DNA of 50,640 bases, counting the filler, from Dirinaria sp. TL-2023a (taxonomy: Eukaryota): NCBI GenBank assembly GCA_051941275.1. It is 3 parts of 3 records of this genome, joined end to end, with 100 filler letters (N's around TTAATTAATTAA, not from the genome) between each part and the next. Parts side by side here need not be neighbours in the genome. Positions count along the whole stretch, not along the records: positions 1 to 16,842 come from JAVEBF010000471.1; positions 16,943 to 33,783 come from JAVEBF010000472.1; 1 more part is not named here. One strand, written 5' to 3'. The translations under genes were made by a program, and so were the position numbers. Numbering within the stretch: position 1 is the stretch's first letter; the number at the start of each line of letters is the position of its first letter. Below the pieces are notes generated by a model. The model worked only from the letters and a program-made list of their open reading frames with translations, was not told where the DNA came from and ran no database searches. This document shows positions 13,234-22,971 of this stretch, piece after piece.

Positions 13234-14427
13234 ATGCGACCGCCGCATCCTCCTACGCTCCTCTCACTCCTCACCATCATCCTCTCCTCAACTCACATCA
13301 CGCACGCCATACCATTCCATCAAGACCAATTCGCCGAAGACAACAGCACTCTGGTCGAGCGAACATGTGCATACCCTTGCGGGTACATCGGCATTTGCTG
13401 TGGAGGCCCAGGCGAGTGCTATACAGACACCAACAATCAAGCTCAATGCGGCAGCAGTAGCAGTGGCAGTGGCAACTCACAGGTCGCTGCTGGTGCTGCC
13501 AGCAAAGGCCAATGGCAGCTGTACACTACAACTTACGTCGAAACCGATCTGGTTACCAGGACATCCACCTATAGCTCCCTCCTGCAGGCCGCGACAGGGC
13601 AGACCACCCTCAACTGCCAAACGGACATAGGCGAGACCCCTTGCGGAACCTTCTGCTGCGCCAGCGGGCAATTCTGCCAGTACCAAGGCCAATGCGTCGC
13701 ATCTGGCGGAAACGGTGTCAGCAGCAGCTATCTTGCCTCAGTGCAGGCCACTGCCGCTGGGTCGCCTTATTTTCGTCCAACCACAGCTTCAACTGCCACC
13801 GTAACCTCGACCGGTTCGGTAACGACGACTGTACCGTACGGTACCCCATCGCCTACAGCTTCATCGGGAGGCAGCGCAGCCGGCGCGCAATCAACGACAT
13901 CCAACAACGGCCTGAGCGGCGGACAAATCGCGGGCATCGTCATCGGCGTGCTCCTTGGTATCCTTCTCCTCCTGATCATCTGCGGCTGTCTGTGCTTCAA
14001 AGGTGCCCTGGACACCATCCTCGCTTTCTTCGGACTGGGGCCACGGAGGAGGAGAAGGGAAGAGATTATCGAGGAGCGTTACTCACATCACCACTCGGGG
14101 ACCGCTGGAGGGGGCGGCGGACGACGGTGGTTCGGTCAAGGACCTGCGCGACCCCAGAGGGAAAAACAGAGTGGGGCGTTTAGTGGTTGGGCCACTGTTG
14201 CTGGCGGTCTGACTGCTTTGGCTCTTTTGCTCGGACTCAAACGGAGAAGAGATAGGAGGGACAAGCAAAGTGAAGTCAGCTACAGCAGCTACACGTATAG
14301 CGACTATACAAGCCCAAGTGAGTGCTTTCCCTTTGGCAAAGACACAAAAAGACGATCTGCTAACAGTTGCTTAGGCAGCGCATCGTCAGATCGAAGAACA
14401 CGAAATACCAGGAGATCGGGGAGGTAA
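13234..14427 (+). CDS. Cys-rich, Ser/Thr-stalk membrane protein (Mid2/Wsc-like surface-sensor architecture)
   Basis: Signal peptide from ATG 13234, two Cys clusters, S/T-rich stalk, GGQIAGIVIGVLLGILLLLII transmembrane helix, second hydrophobic segment. In-frame intron GTGAGT...CTAAC...TTAG near 14317-14374. Confidence 0.82.
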   Translation: MRPPHPPTLLSLLTIILSSTHITHAIPFHQDQFAEDNSTLVERTCAYPCGYIGICCGGPGECYTDTNNQAQCGSSSSGSGNSQVAAGAASKGQWQLYTTTYVETDLVTRTSTYSSLLQAATGQTTLNCQTDIGETPCGTFCCASGQFCQYQGQCVASGGNGVSSSYLASVQATAAGSPYFRPTTASTATVTSTGSVTTTVPYGTPSPTASSGGSAAGAQSTTSNNGLSGGQIAGIVIGVLLGILLLLIICGCLCFKGALDTILAFFGLGPRRRRREEIIEERYSHHHSGTAGGGGGRRWFGQGPARPQREKQSGAFSGWATVAGGLTALALLLGLKRRRDRRDKQSEVSYSSYTYSDYTSPSECFPFGKDTKRRSANSCLGSASSDRRTRNTRRSGR

Positions 14428-15104
14428 ATAGCAGCGAAGATGAAGAAAGGGGTCGTGAAGCATTGCGCTGGAGACATTTTTGCATTTAGCGGGTTCGGTA
14501 CTTGCATCGTGGGGAGGTTTTATGATACTACCTAATACAGTAAGGTAAATGTGGAACCATAGCGTGATAAGTGAGTGCACTTCTCAACCAGGAGAAAAAA
14601 GTCTGTCTGGCCGTGCTATATTTGTATAATAACTCAGAAGCGATCAACTGGCAAGTCGCCAGGAACACTTATGAACGAAAGTACAAAGAAGACTTCTGCT
14701 AGCTAGAAATTTGACTCACAATTGCCCTACCGCAATCAATCAATAATGGCTTAACGGAGAAAGAAGGAGGGGCGCATCTGGCTTCACACCTCAGACAATA
14801 TATCCTGATTCTCTGATCGAATAACTTTTGAAAAGAAAGAAAGAAAAAAAAAAACTTTAGAAAATCAAAACAAGAAAGCGGAAAAGTAGGCAATCACAGC
14901 AGATGAAATCGATTAGCCACTTCAGGAAACCAGTGACCGCGTACCCTAACTTATATTCCAGCATCTCAAAAGGAAAAGGCCATCAAAGCCCTTTCCGTTA
15001 CACTTTACCCCTACCTGTTAACTCACCAAGGTGTAGTAAGATTACGATCTTCGCCTCGACTTGAATTCGCAGTTCACATTTTGACTCTGTCATTTCGACT
15101 TCGT

Positions 15105-15137
15105 CTTCTTCTTCTTCTTCTTCTTCTTCTTCTTCTT
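15105..15137. repeat. (CTT)11 microsatellite
   Basis: Direct reading of the sequence. Confidence 0.95.
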
Positions 15138-15441
15138 CCCATTCCGCTATTATATTCCCAAGCCGGGCTTGATGTTATAAAACTAAGGGCTTTTTTTTCT
15201 GTATTATCAGATTCATCAGATTGTAAGATTACTTGGTGGTTTTGGATTTCCATTCCAGGGATCAGGGGTTGGTTTGATGGCAAGCGAGGGAGGTGTTGGG
15301 GTATTTGAATTTGAGGATCGGGATGTCAGGTTTTTGAAAGGGGGATTGATTCGGGTACGACCGTTCTTTGGTTTTGGTATCTGAAGAATAGAACGATTGA
15401 GGAGAAAAGTGCTTCAACAGTACCCAAAGTAAGAGATTTTT

Positions 15442-16571
15442 TTACTTCGACGCCGATACCTTGATCACCCGCTCAAATACTTCCTGCGTATGCGCCCAGA
15501 CCTTCTTCCCCATCTCTTTCTTGCGATACTCCTGCAACAACTTCTGGTCTCCTGTCGTCTCCCCGTCATAATTCAGCAGGTAACACCCACTCCCTTGGAT
15601 CTGATCCCACCCCTGGGCTACATCCACGCATGGAGGTAATGCCACCCCTGCACTCACCTGCGCCGGCGGATACCGAGCCGAAGTTGCATGGAAGAGCTGG
15701 CGCTGCCCAACCTCCCGTAGCCCAGGAGTAACGAGGGTCGCGATCGGTACCACGATCCAATGGAACAAAAGCTGCAAGGGAAGAGACCAATCCTCGGCGA
15801 ATTTCTTGGTCGCGCCTGTGACTAATATCCCGGGGAAGGCGTGGATGAAGCTGATAGATGGGTGGGCGGAGGCGAGCTCTCCCATGGCGAGAGTGTTCAT
15901 GGTGGCTGTGTGCACCTGGGCTTGATTGAATGAATAATTGCGCTGGAGCTCGAGGTCGCCTTCGACGAGGCGGCCTTCGTGGCCTGCGCCATGGATGTTC
16001 AGGATCCGCGACGAGGCCGGGGATAAGAGGAGCGGGAGGAGGTTTTGGATGAAGCGCATGCGGCCGTAGTAGCGGAGTGAGAAGGTTTCCTCTAATCCAT
16101 CGGCGTTTTCTGCATTACCGTAAGATGCAAGGCTAGGGCTTTGAGGTTATTTCTTGATTGCGGCCTTCATTGTTTCGGTCTGGGCTGTGGATGTGTAGGA
16201 AATGGAAGAGATTGCATACCCACTCTCGACAGCTTGAGATATCCAGGGCACATCACTAGTAGATCCAGGCTCTTTTCTTTTTTCTCCAATTCTTCACATG
16301 CCGCATCTATATTTTTCAAAAGCGATATCTCTGACTTGATCGGTACATAGCTGCCGCCCGGATTGATCCCCTCCAAGTCCCTTATGATAGTCGAGAGCCT
16401 CGCATCGTTCCTCCCTACAATGTATATCTTTGGCCTCTCTGAATATCGAGCGTACTCGGCTAGAGTGTGACCAGCAATGCCACTCGTGGCGCCGATAAAG
16501 AGAGCGACTTGACACGAGACGGTTGACTTTAAGGCTGCATTGGATTCCTTAACGCTTTTCAATTTCACCAT
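15442..16571 (-). CDS. Short-chain dehydrogenase/reductase-like oxidoreductase, 2 exons
   Basis: VALFIGATSGIA Rossmann motif, YIVGRN, LRYYGRMRF, SFIHAFPG. Intron 16110-16219 (GTATGC...CAG). Confidence 0.87.
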
Positions 16572-16842
16572 GGTTAGTGTCAGAGACGGTGACGGCGGTG
16601 TTCACAAGAGGTGGAACTTCGTTATGGGGCCAGATGGCTGTTAAGTTCAGAGCTGCCAAAATTCGTCGGACGCTGCAGAAAACTCCAGCCATACTTAATC
16701 TAATGTTGTAAAATCGACTTTTATAGTGGTCACCCGCCGCAGTTGATGGTGGCATGAGCCAAAGAGATGTCAGACATGCAGAGTTACGCCATGAGTCTAG
16801 TCCTGCCTAACCCGATCGAGGCCGCAGCTACCCGGGCGGGCC

Positions 16843-16942
16843 NNNNNNNNNNNNNNNNNNNNNNNNNNNNNNNNNNNNNNNNNNNNTTAATTAATTAANN
16901 NNNNNNNNNNNNNNNNNNNNNNNNNNNNNNNNNNNNNNNNNN
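16843..16942. other. Artificial assembly spacer
   Basis: 44 N + TTAATTAATTAA (stops in all six frames) + 44 N. Confidence 0.97.
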
Positions 16943-17058
16943 CAACAACAACCACCACCACCACAAACAGCAAAAAACCCCTCCCCCCCACCCCACCCCG
17001 CGGCCTAACCAGATGGCCATCCTCGCACAACCTAAAAACCACCCGCAAACGCAGCATC

Positions 17059-17448
17059 ATGAACGTGCCCGAAGTCCATAACGCAGATCCCCCACCACCT
17101 GCGGAGGAAGAGGAGCAAGACAAACGCACCCCCAGGAGCCGAGCAGCCGCCGAGACAGAATTAAAGGACCAGCTGAGCCTGATGGACACGGCGAACATGT
17201 TAGGCGCGGTTGCCGGGGTCGTGGGCGCCGGGTACGCGGGCGCGGCGTATCACCAGCAGAGGAAAATGGGCAAGGAGGGGGAGGATGTGGAGATGGGGTT
17301 AAGGAGGAGCCAGGGGACGCAGGTTGAGGTTCGTGCGACAACTTCGGACGTAGAGCAGCAGCAGCGAGGCACGGTTGAAGAAGTCACGACAATTGAGAGC
17401 AGCGCGGAGCAGGCGTATGCCTCCTCCTCCTGGACGGGGATGAAGTGA
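17059..17448 (+). CDS. Small orphan protein with one Gly/Ala-rich hydrophobic segment
   Basis: 129 aa ATG-TGA ORF with GC3-rich codons, ATCATG start context and MLGAVAGVVGAGYAGAAY segment. Confidence 0.55.
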   Translation: MNVPEVHNADPPPPAEEEEQDKRTPRSRAAAETELKDQLSLMDTANMLGAVAGVVGAGYAGAAYHQQRKMGKEGEDVEMGLRRSQGTQVEVRATTSDVEQQQRGTVEEVTTIESSAEQAYASSSWTGMK

Positions 17449-17878
17449 TTGATGGGACGAACTGGGTAAGGGGGAAACGAGGGGACTAGGAGTTCCGGCG
17501 CTGCATATCGGGTATAGAAATGGGGAGGGGGATTGATATATGTTAGATACCCCTCGCTTTGCATAGCTTATGGCGTTACCTAGCTTATGGCATTTGCTTT
17601 ATATACATAGGTATCTACATGTATCTTGCAGCTCTCTAGCTCGGTATCTGCATGCACGCACGAAAGAAAAATGGAATGGCAAAATCTTTTAATTAAAGCT
17701 GTGTGTGTGTAACCCTTTTTTGTTTTTGGGGGAAGGGGCAGTTCTCAATGTACTCGTACGAGTACGCTACTTTTCTATCATATGAACAATGGAAGCCTTA
17801 CTACTTTGTTTTTATCAACCTGTAACTCTAATGTACATGTAGGTACGAGTACGACCGCAGGCGAATGTTATAAACTTT

Positions 17879-20877
17879 TCACAGCTTGCCTTTATTGTCC
17901 AAATACCCGTTCTCCTGCAGCCAGCGCTCCACATCCGGCCTATCTCTCTTCAACCAGCCGGCTTTGGCTCGAATAGCGTCGGAGCTCTGCTCCAGCGCGC
18001 GGTCGAAGCCCTTGGTGCTCTTGCCGTCGAAGTACGCTCTCACGTCCTTGAGCTGCTCCTCGGACGTGAAGCCGGAGGTGCACATCTGCACCACGCTGCT
18101 CAGCATCAACAGGCCGGGCGGGCACTTCTGCTTGATCGCGTCCCAGTTCGCCTTCATCCAGCCGTAGAGCGCCAGGACGCCGGCGGCGTCGTTGCGCAGC
18201 CCGGCGATCGGCAGGTACACGTCTTGGTTCTTGACGTCGTCGCTCAGGGCCAGGGCGAGGCTGCGCTGGATGAGCTTCGCGTCCTTCACCCGGCCGAGGC
18301 TGCGCAGCGCCGTGTTCCGCTCGTCGGCGTCCGAGGCCGTGCGGTACTCGTTGAGGATGGTGTCGTACTCGGCTTCGCCGCCGTTTCGGAGGACGATGGC
18401 GTACACGCTGCCGCGGATATTGGGGTGGATCGCTTTCCGGTTCCCAGCAGAGAAGTCCTTGAACATGGCCTTGGCGGCTTCGATGACCTTCTGGTCGCCA
18501 CAGAGACCCGCGCTGCCGAACATGAGGGCTTTGAATTGCGATTCGATATGGCCGTCTTGATCCGTAAACTCCCATCCCTTGGCGTGGGCTTTCGGGCTGA
18601 CGAGCGTCCGCTGAAACGTCTTCAGTGCGTCACGCGTCTGCGAGCTGTATTAGCGTAGCTGATCGTGCGGGGTTTATGGGCCCTCCATCTTACATTCTCA
18701 TCTTCGAAGATCCATGCAGACCGGACTAACGATATACGGCTCAGGATTTCGTCCCACACAACGAACTCTGCCTCCCCATCGAAGCTCTTTAACAAAGACA
18801 AGACGCCAGACGTCTTCTGATACCCTGAAGCGGCCAATGCACCAGCGTCGGCAATCATGCCGGCGCGATCTTCAACGGTCAAGAGGCCTTGTTTAGCTGC
18901 TTGCCCAAGCTTGCTGAGACGTTGAGGAGTATATGATGTGCGATAGATACCCGAATGGTCCGCGTTAAGCTTGAAGAAGTCCAAGCCGGGAACATCAAAG
19001 GTCTGTTCACGTTGAGAGAGCGTGAGATTCTCGTTGACACCATCCTTTGTCCGAAGACCGAGGAACACTGGGAACAGGGTTTTGTCTTCCTCCGGCTTGA
19101 CATCGCCCGTTCGCAAAAAGCGGTTTTGCTTGACATTTATGCTGTTCGATCCCTCATTCTCTGTCACCGAAACAACAGGATAGCCAATGTTCTTCGTCCA
19201 AATGTCCATGACTTTTTCAACAGGCTTGCCACTCGCATCACTTAACGCAGCCCACAGATCTTGGGTCTGTGTGTTGCCGTAGGCGTGCTTTTTCAGGTAG
19301 CGCCGGATGCCTTCCATGAAAGTATCTTCGCCGAGGTATTTCGAGATCATGCGGAGCACGCATGAGCCTTTCGAGTACGAAATAGCATCAAATATCTGAT
19401 TGATTTCATCGGCTCGCTTTACAGGTACTTCAATAGGATGACTGCTTCTCAAAGAATCTAGAGAAAGTGCACCTTGAAGGGTATCTGTGACGTAGCCTTG
19501 CCAAACTTTCCACTCGGGATAGAATGTATTGCAAGAGTACCACGACATCCATGTCGCGAATCCTTCGTTGAGCCACAATCCATCCCAAAAGTCCATTGTC
19601 ACCAAATTTCCAAACCATTGGTGGGCTAATTCATGCTGCACAACCTCTGCGACTCGCTGTTTAGTCGCGGCTCCGCTCGTCTTCTCGTCGAAGAGCAGGT
19701 CAACAACTCTATAAGTCACTAAGCCCCAATTTTCCATGGCTCCAGCACTGAAGTCAGGTATAGCAACCATATCCATCTTCGGAAGTGGAAATGGGTTGTC
19801 AAATTTCTTCTCGTAAAAATCGAGGGTTTTTGCTGCAAGCTCCAAGGAGAAGCGTCCATGTTCGATGTCACTGGCAGGCGTTGCAAAGACGCGCACTGGT
19901 ACACGGAAGTTGCTGGTCTCTATGACATGAAGCTTTCCAATAATGAACGCCAACAAGTAAGTAGACATTAATGGAGTCGTGCTGAAGGTGACCGCCTTTC
20001 TCGTGCCTCCGGTGATTTTTGATCTTATTGATTTCTCTGAAGCTTGGTCCATGTTGCTAAGACAAGTGTGATCCTCATCAGCTATGAGGGTGATGGTGTA
20101 CTTGGCTTTGAGAGCAGGCTCGTCAAAGCACGGGAAAGCTCTACGTGCATCTGTTGGTTCCATCTGCGTTGTTGCAATGTACTTAGTACTGCCGTCTTTT
20201 TCGATGTACGACGATCTATAAAAGCCGGCCATCTTGTCGTTAAGATAACCAGTAAAAGTTTGAGCAAGCTGGGCTTTGCTGCCGGCAGGTATGGCTTTAT
20301 CGAACGAAAGCGTCGTGACCTGCGAGTCTTCGTCATACTTGACTTTGGGGGAGGAAGTGACCTCCCGCCCTTCAGTGGTGACGGTTGATGAGTGTATATC
20401 GATTTCGAGGCTGTTTAATGATATGGAGCTTGTGTCCTCCTTGACCTCAAGACTGGTCATTAATGGTCAGTAGAAGCATCAAAAAATGATCGATATCATT
20501 CATCAAACGTACTCAATTACAACCGTACCCTGATACGAGAAATTGGAGAAATTGGGCTCCAAGGTCAAGTCGTAATGTATCGGCTTCACATTCGTTGGTA
20601 GTACTTCCCTCGCTTGCGTAACATCCACACTGCCTTCGACCTCAGCTTTTGCTTTACACATTGTTCGTTGGTATGAACAATATCTGATGACGGATAGGAT
20701 GGGCGGTTTCTTATGCAAAACGATGGTATTAGATTTGTAGAATTGTCTACAATGAAAGGAAGAGGGTAGTCTCTGGATTACTGATAAGCTTGAAAAGGGA
20801 AGCTTCCTTGTACTTGAGAAACAGGCAGACTCCGCTTTGAATGCAAGTGAACTTGCTCTGTGTACAATTTGAATCAT
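17879..20877 (-). CDS. APE2: M1 family zinc aminopeptidase, 3 exons
   Basis: GAMEN, HELAHQW and LWLNEGFA motifs, ERAP1-like C-terminus. Introns 20453-20512 and 18638-18693. Second in-frame ATG at 20661. Confidence 0.95.
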
Positions 20878-21134
20878 CGAACACTACCCCGCCTTAAAAG
20901 TCCCGTCAGAACGCAAGAAGTAGTGGTTGCCTAGGGAAAGGATGGGCGCTTGGTCGTTCGATTTTCAGGGTTAAGTTTTCTCATGATACGAAATAACCCT
21001 ATGAAAGCCCTGATATCGGTCAAACCCAGGGCACAATGGAATTGCTCTCAGTACGACCTACGCCTAGGGCAGTCGCCAGTCGCACAGTTCAAGAATAGTC
21101 TGCTTCATGCGAGATTGCCAAATTAAATTTACAC

Positions 21135-21194
21135 TAACCGGCGCACCCCCTACTCGCCTTTAGGAGCGAAGGCGGGTAGGGGGTGCGCCGGTTA
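21135..21194. repeat. 26-bp inverted repeat, TA at both outer ends; candidate MITE or transposon relic
   Basis: TAACCGGCGCACCCCCTACTCGCCTT - TAGGAGCG - AAGGCGGGTAGGGGGTGCGCCGGTTA; 25 of 26 positions complementary. Confidence 0.85.
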
Positions 21195-21993
21195 AACGTG
21201 GATAATTGCAAGATACGAAGCCTCTAGAAATGAGGCAACGACCTCTGTAGCAAGTAAAGTACAACTTAAATGCAGAAAGCAATTGTACATGCTGTTGATG
21301 AGAACCGATTACCATCAGCTACAAAATAAAGATGGAACCAGGGCATATGTACAGGCATGCCTTTTCTGTTTATGACCACCTAAGTACTAAAAGTGGTTCC
21401 GTGCAAGAATGCTCCCCGTAACTCATTTTGTGCAGGTTCAAGTTATGAGCTTTGACGGATCGACTTAGCCGTGATGACTGGGCTCTGAGTCGAGTGGCTA
21501 ATGTTTGCTCAGTATCAAGTGCTCGAACTGCGACTCATCGTATAGATTAAAATATCAATGAGAGACGAGCAACTGCGCTCGATGCTTTCTACACCTCGCC
21601 AAAAACTCATACTTTCATCCATTATGAGTGAACATTGAGCGGACACCAAGCCGTCGACGCTTTGTCTGCTCATGGTCCAATTGTGAGATCAGAACCACGA
21701 GGTATTCAAGATTGCGTCAAACTTATGTCTAGACGAAATGCGAACTGGGGGAAACACTTTCACCCTAGAACTAAGGTCAATTACACGATACATGGAAACC
21801 CAGGAAATTACTGTTACCTGTTGCAGGACTGTGCATGTGTTGTAGGACTCCAAACACCATCGCTCTGGATTCGAAAGCTTGAACGACTGTACAGATTGTG
21901 GGTTCCGTTCGGATCAAAGGTCCGCGGCTGTCGTTCTAGCTGAGAATAGATGAATCAAAGATCTTTAGGTGTGAAACTGGGCAGTAAAGGTGG

Positions 21994-22605
21994 CTATTTA
22001 GGCCATTTTTTCCATTTACGTCCATGACCAGCCTATCAAAAGTTAATTGCAGGAATGATAGCATTTAAATTGGTGATACTTGCCAGTTTCCATTCCTGGA
22101 TCATCGCGGGCATCTCCAGCATCGCCTTCTTACGACGATATAATCTGTCTCTCATGGTCCTTTCTTCCGCTTTGCCTTTGACTCTCTGTCCTTCTCCTGT
22201 ACCTTTCACCCGTAGACCTAGTTGCTCCCTCTTTTTCAAACGTACATCTGTCTTCTTAGGAGTATAAGGTAAAAGTTCCTCAACACCGTTGACCCTCGCC
22301 AGTTTCACAAGGTCTGCTTGCTGTCTCAATGAAAATTTTGGACTCTGCCAAACACCAGTAACGGGATGCTTGTGCGCTCGGAAGGGATTGCGAAAGTTGT
22401 GTTGTTCAAGAGGAGGATCAACTGTGGCTACTGCTTCGAGACTAGCATCAGGATCTGAGGAGGACGTGTTGGGTACTGTCATCGTCGGGCTTGCTGTTGC
22501 TTGGAGAGGTGGGCGGAGCGAGGCTGGTGGATAACGAGAGAAGAATCGTAGCAGCCTTGGTGGTAGAGACTGAGCAAGCTTAACATACTCTCCGGTAGAA
22601 GCCAT
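21994..22605 (-). CDS. MRPL25: Mitochondrial large-subunit ribosomal protein mL59
   Basis: LPPRLLRFFSRYPP, NPF...P.FSLRQQADLVKLA, LRVKGTG.GQRVKG. Final exon AGHGRKWKKWPK* joined through GC-AG intron 22033-22083. Confidence 0.9.
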
Positions 22606-22971
22606 TGGTACGATTCTGGACTGTCAAGATAGTAAATAGAGGGATTTGGATATTGAAATTAGAGTGCTACGGTCACAGGACCTAGTACGAGCCTTTTCGA
22701 GGCCTGTAGCTGCCTTGTTGTATCAGAACACTCTCGCTATGGTAAGGGGGAAACTTGAAGACTGGGAGACTGAGACAGTACTAGTATTCGCGAGAGTGGG
22801 AGTTAACGCAAGAGCTTGAGGCGACTGAGAGCGGCCCGGGGATTTTCCGTGTCGGCGCATCCTCTGCGTGACTCACCACCCATCGCGAGCCACGCCTGCG
22901 TATCATCAAAAAGATGATATTCAAGCTAATAATGATCTTCCACTAAGACTTTGGGTTTCTATGCTTTCATC

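Noticed and set aside
15074..15308. Poly-Arg and poly-Leu ORFs
   Set aside because: Translations of the (CTT)11 microsatellite
5223..16571. Hydrolase plus SDR as a secondary-metabolite cluster
   Set aside because: No PKS, NRPS or terpene synthase, transporter or cluster regulator in the window; the genes are separated by unrelated genes
16887..16898. TTAATTAATTAA palindrome repeated at 33828-33839
   Set aside because: Centred in identical 100-bp N gaps and encodes stops in all six frames; assembly linker, not biology
17886..18658. Several long overlapping ORFs on both strands
   Set aside because: Shadow ORFs caused by extreme GC3 in the APE2 last exon
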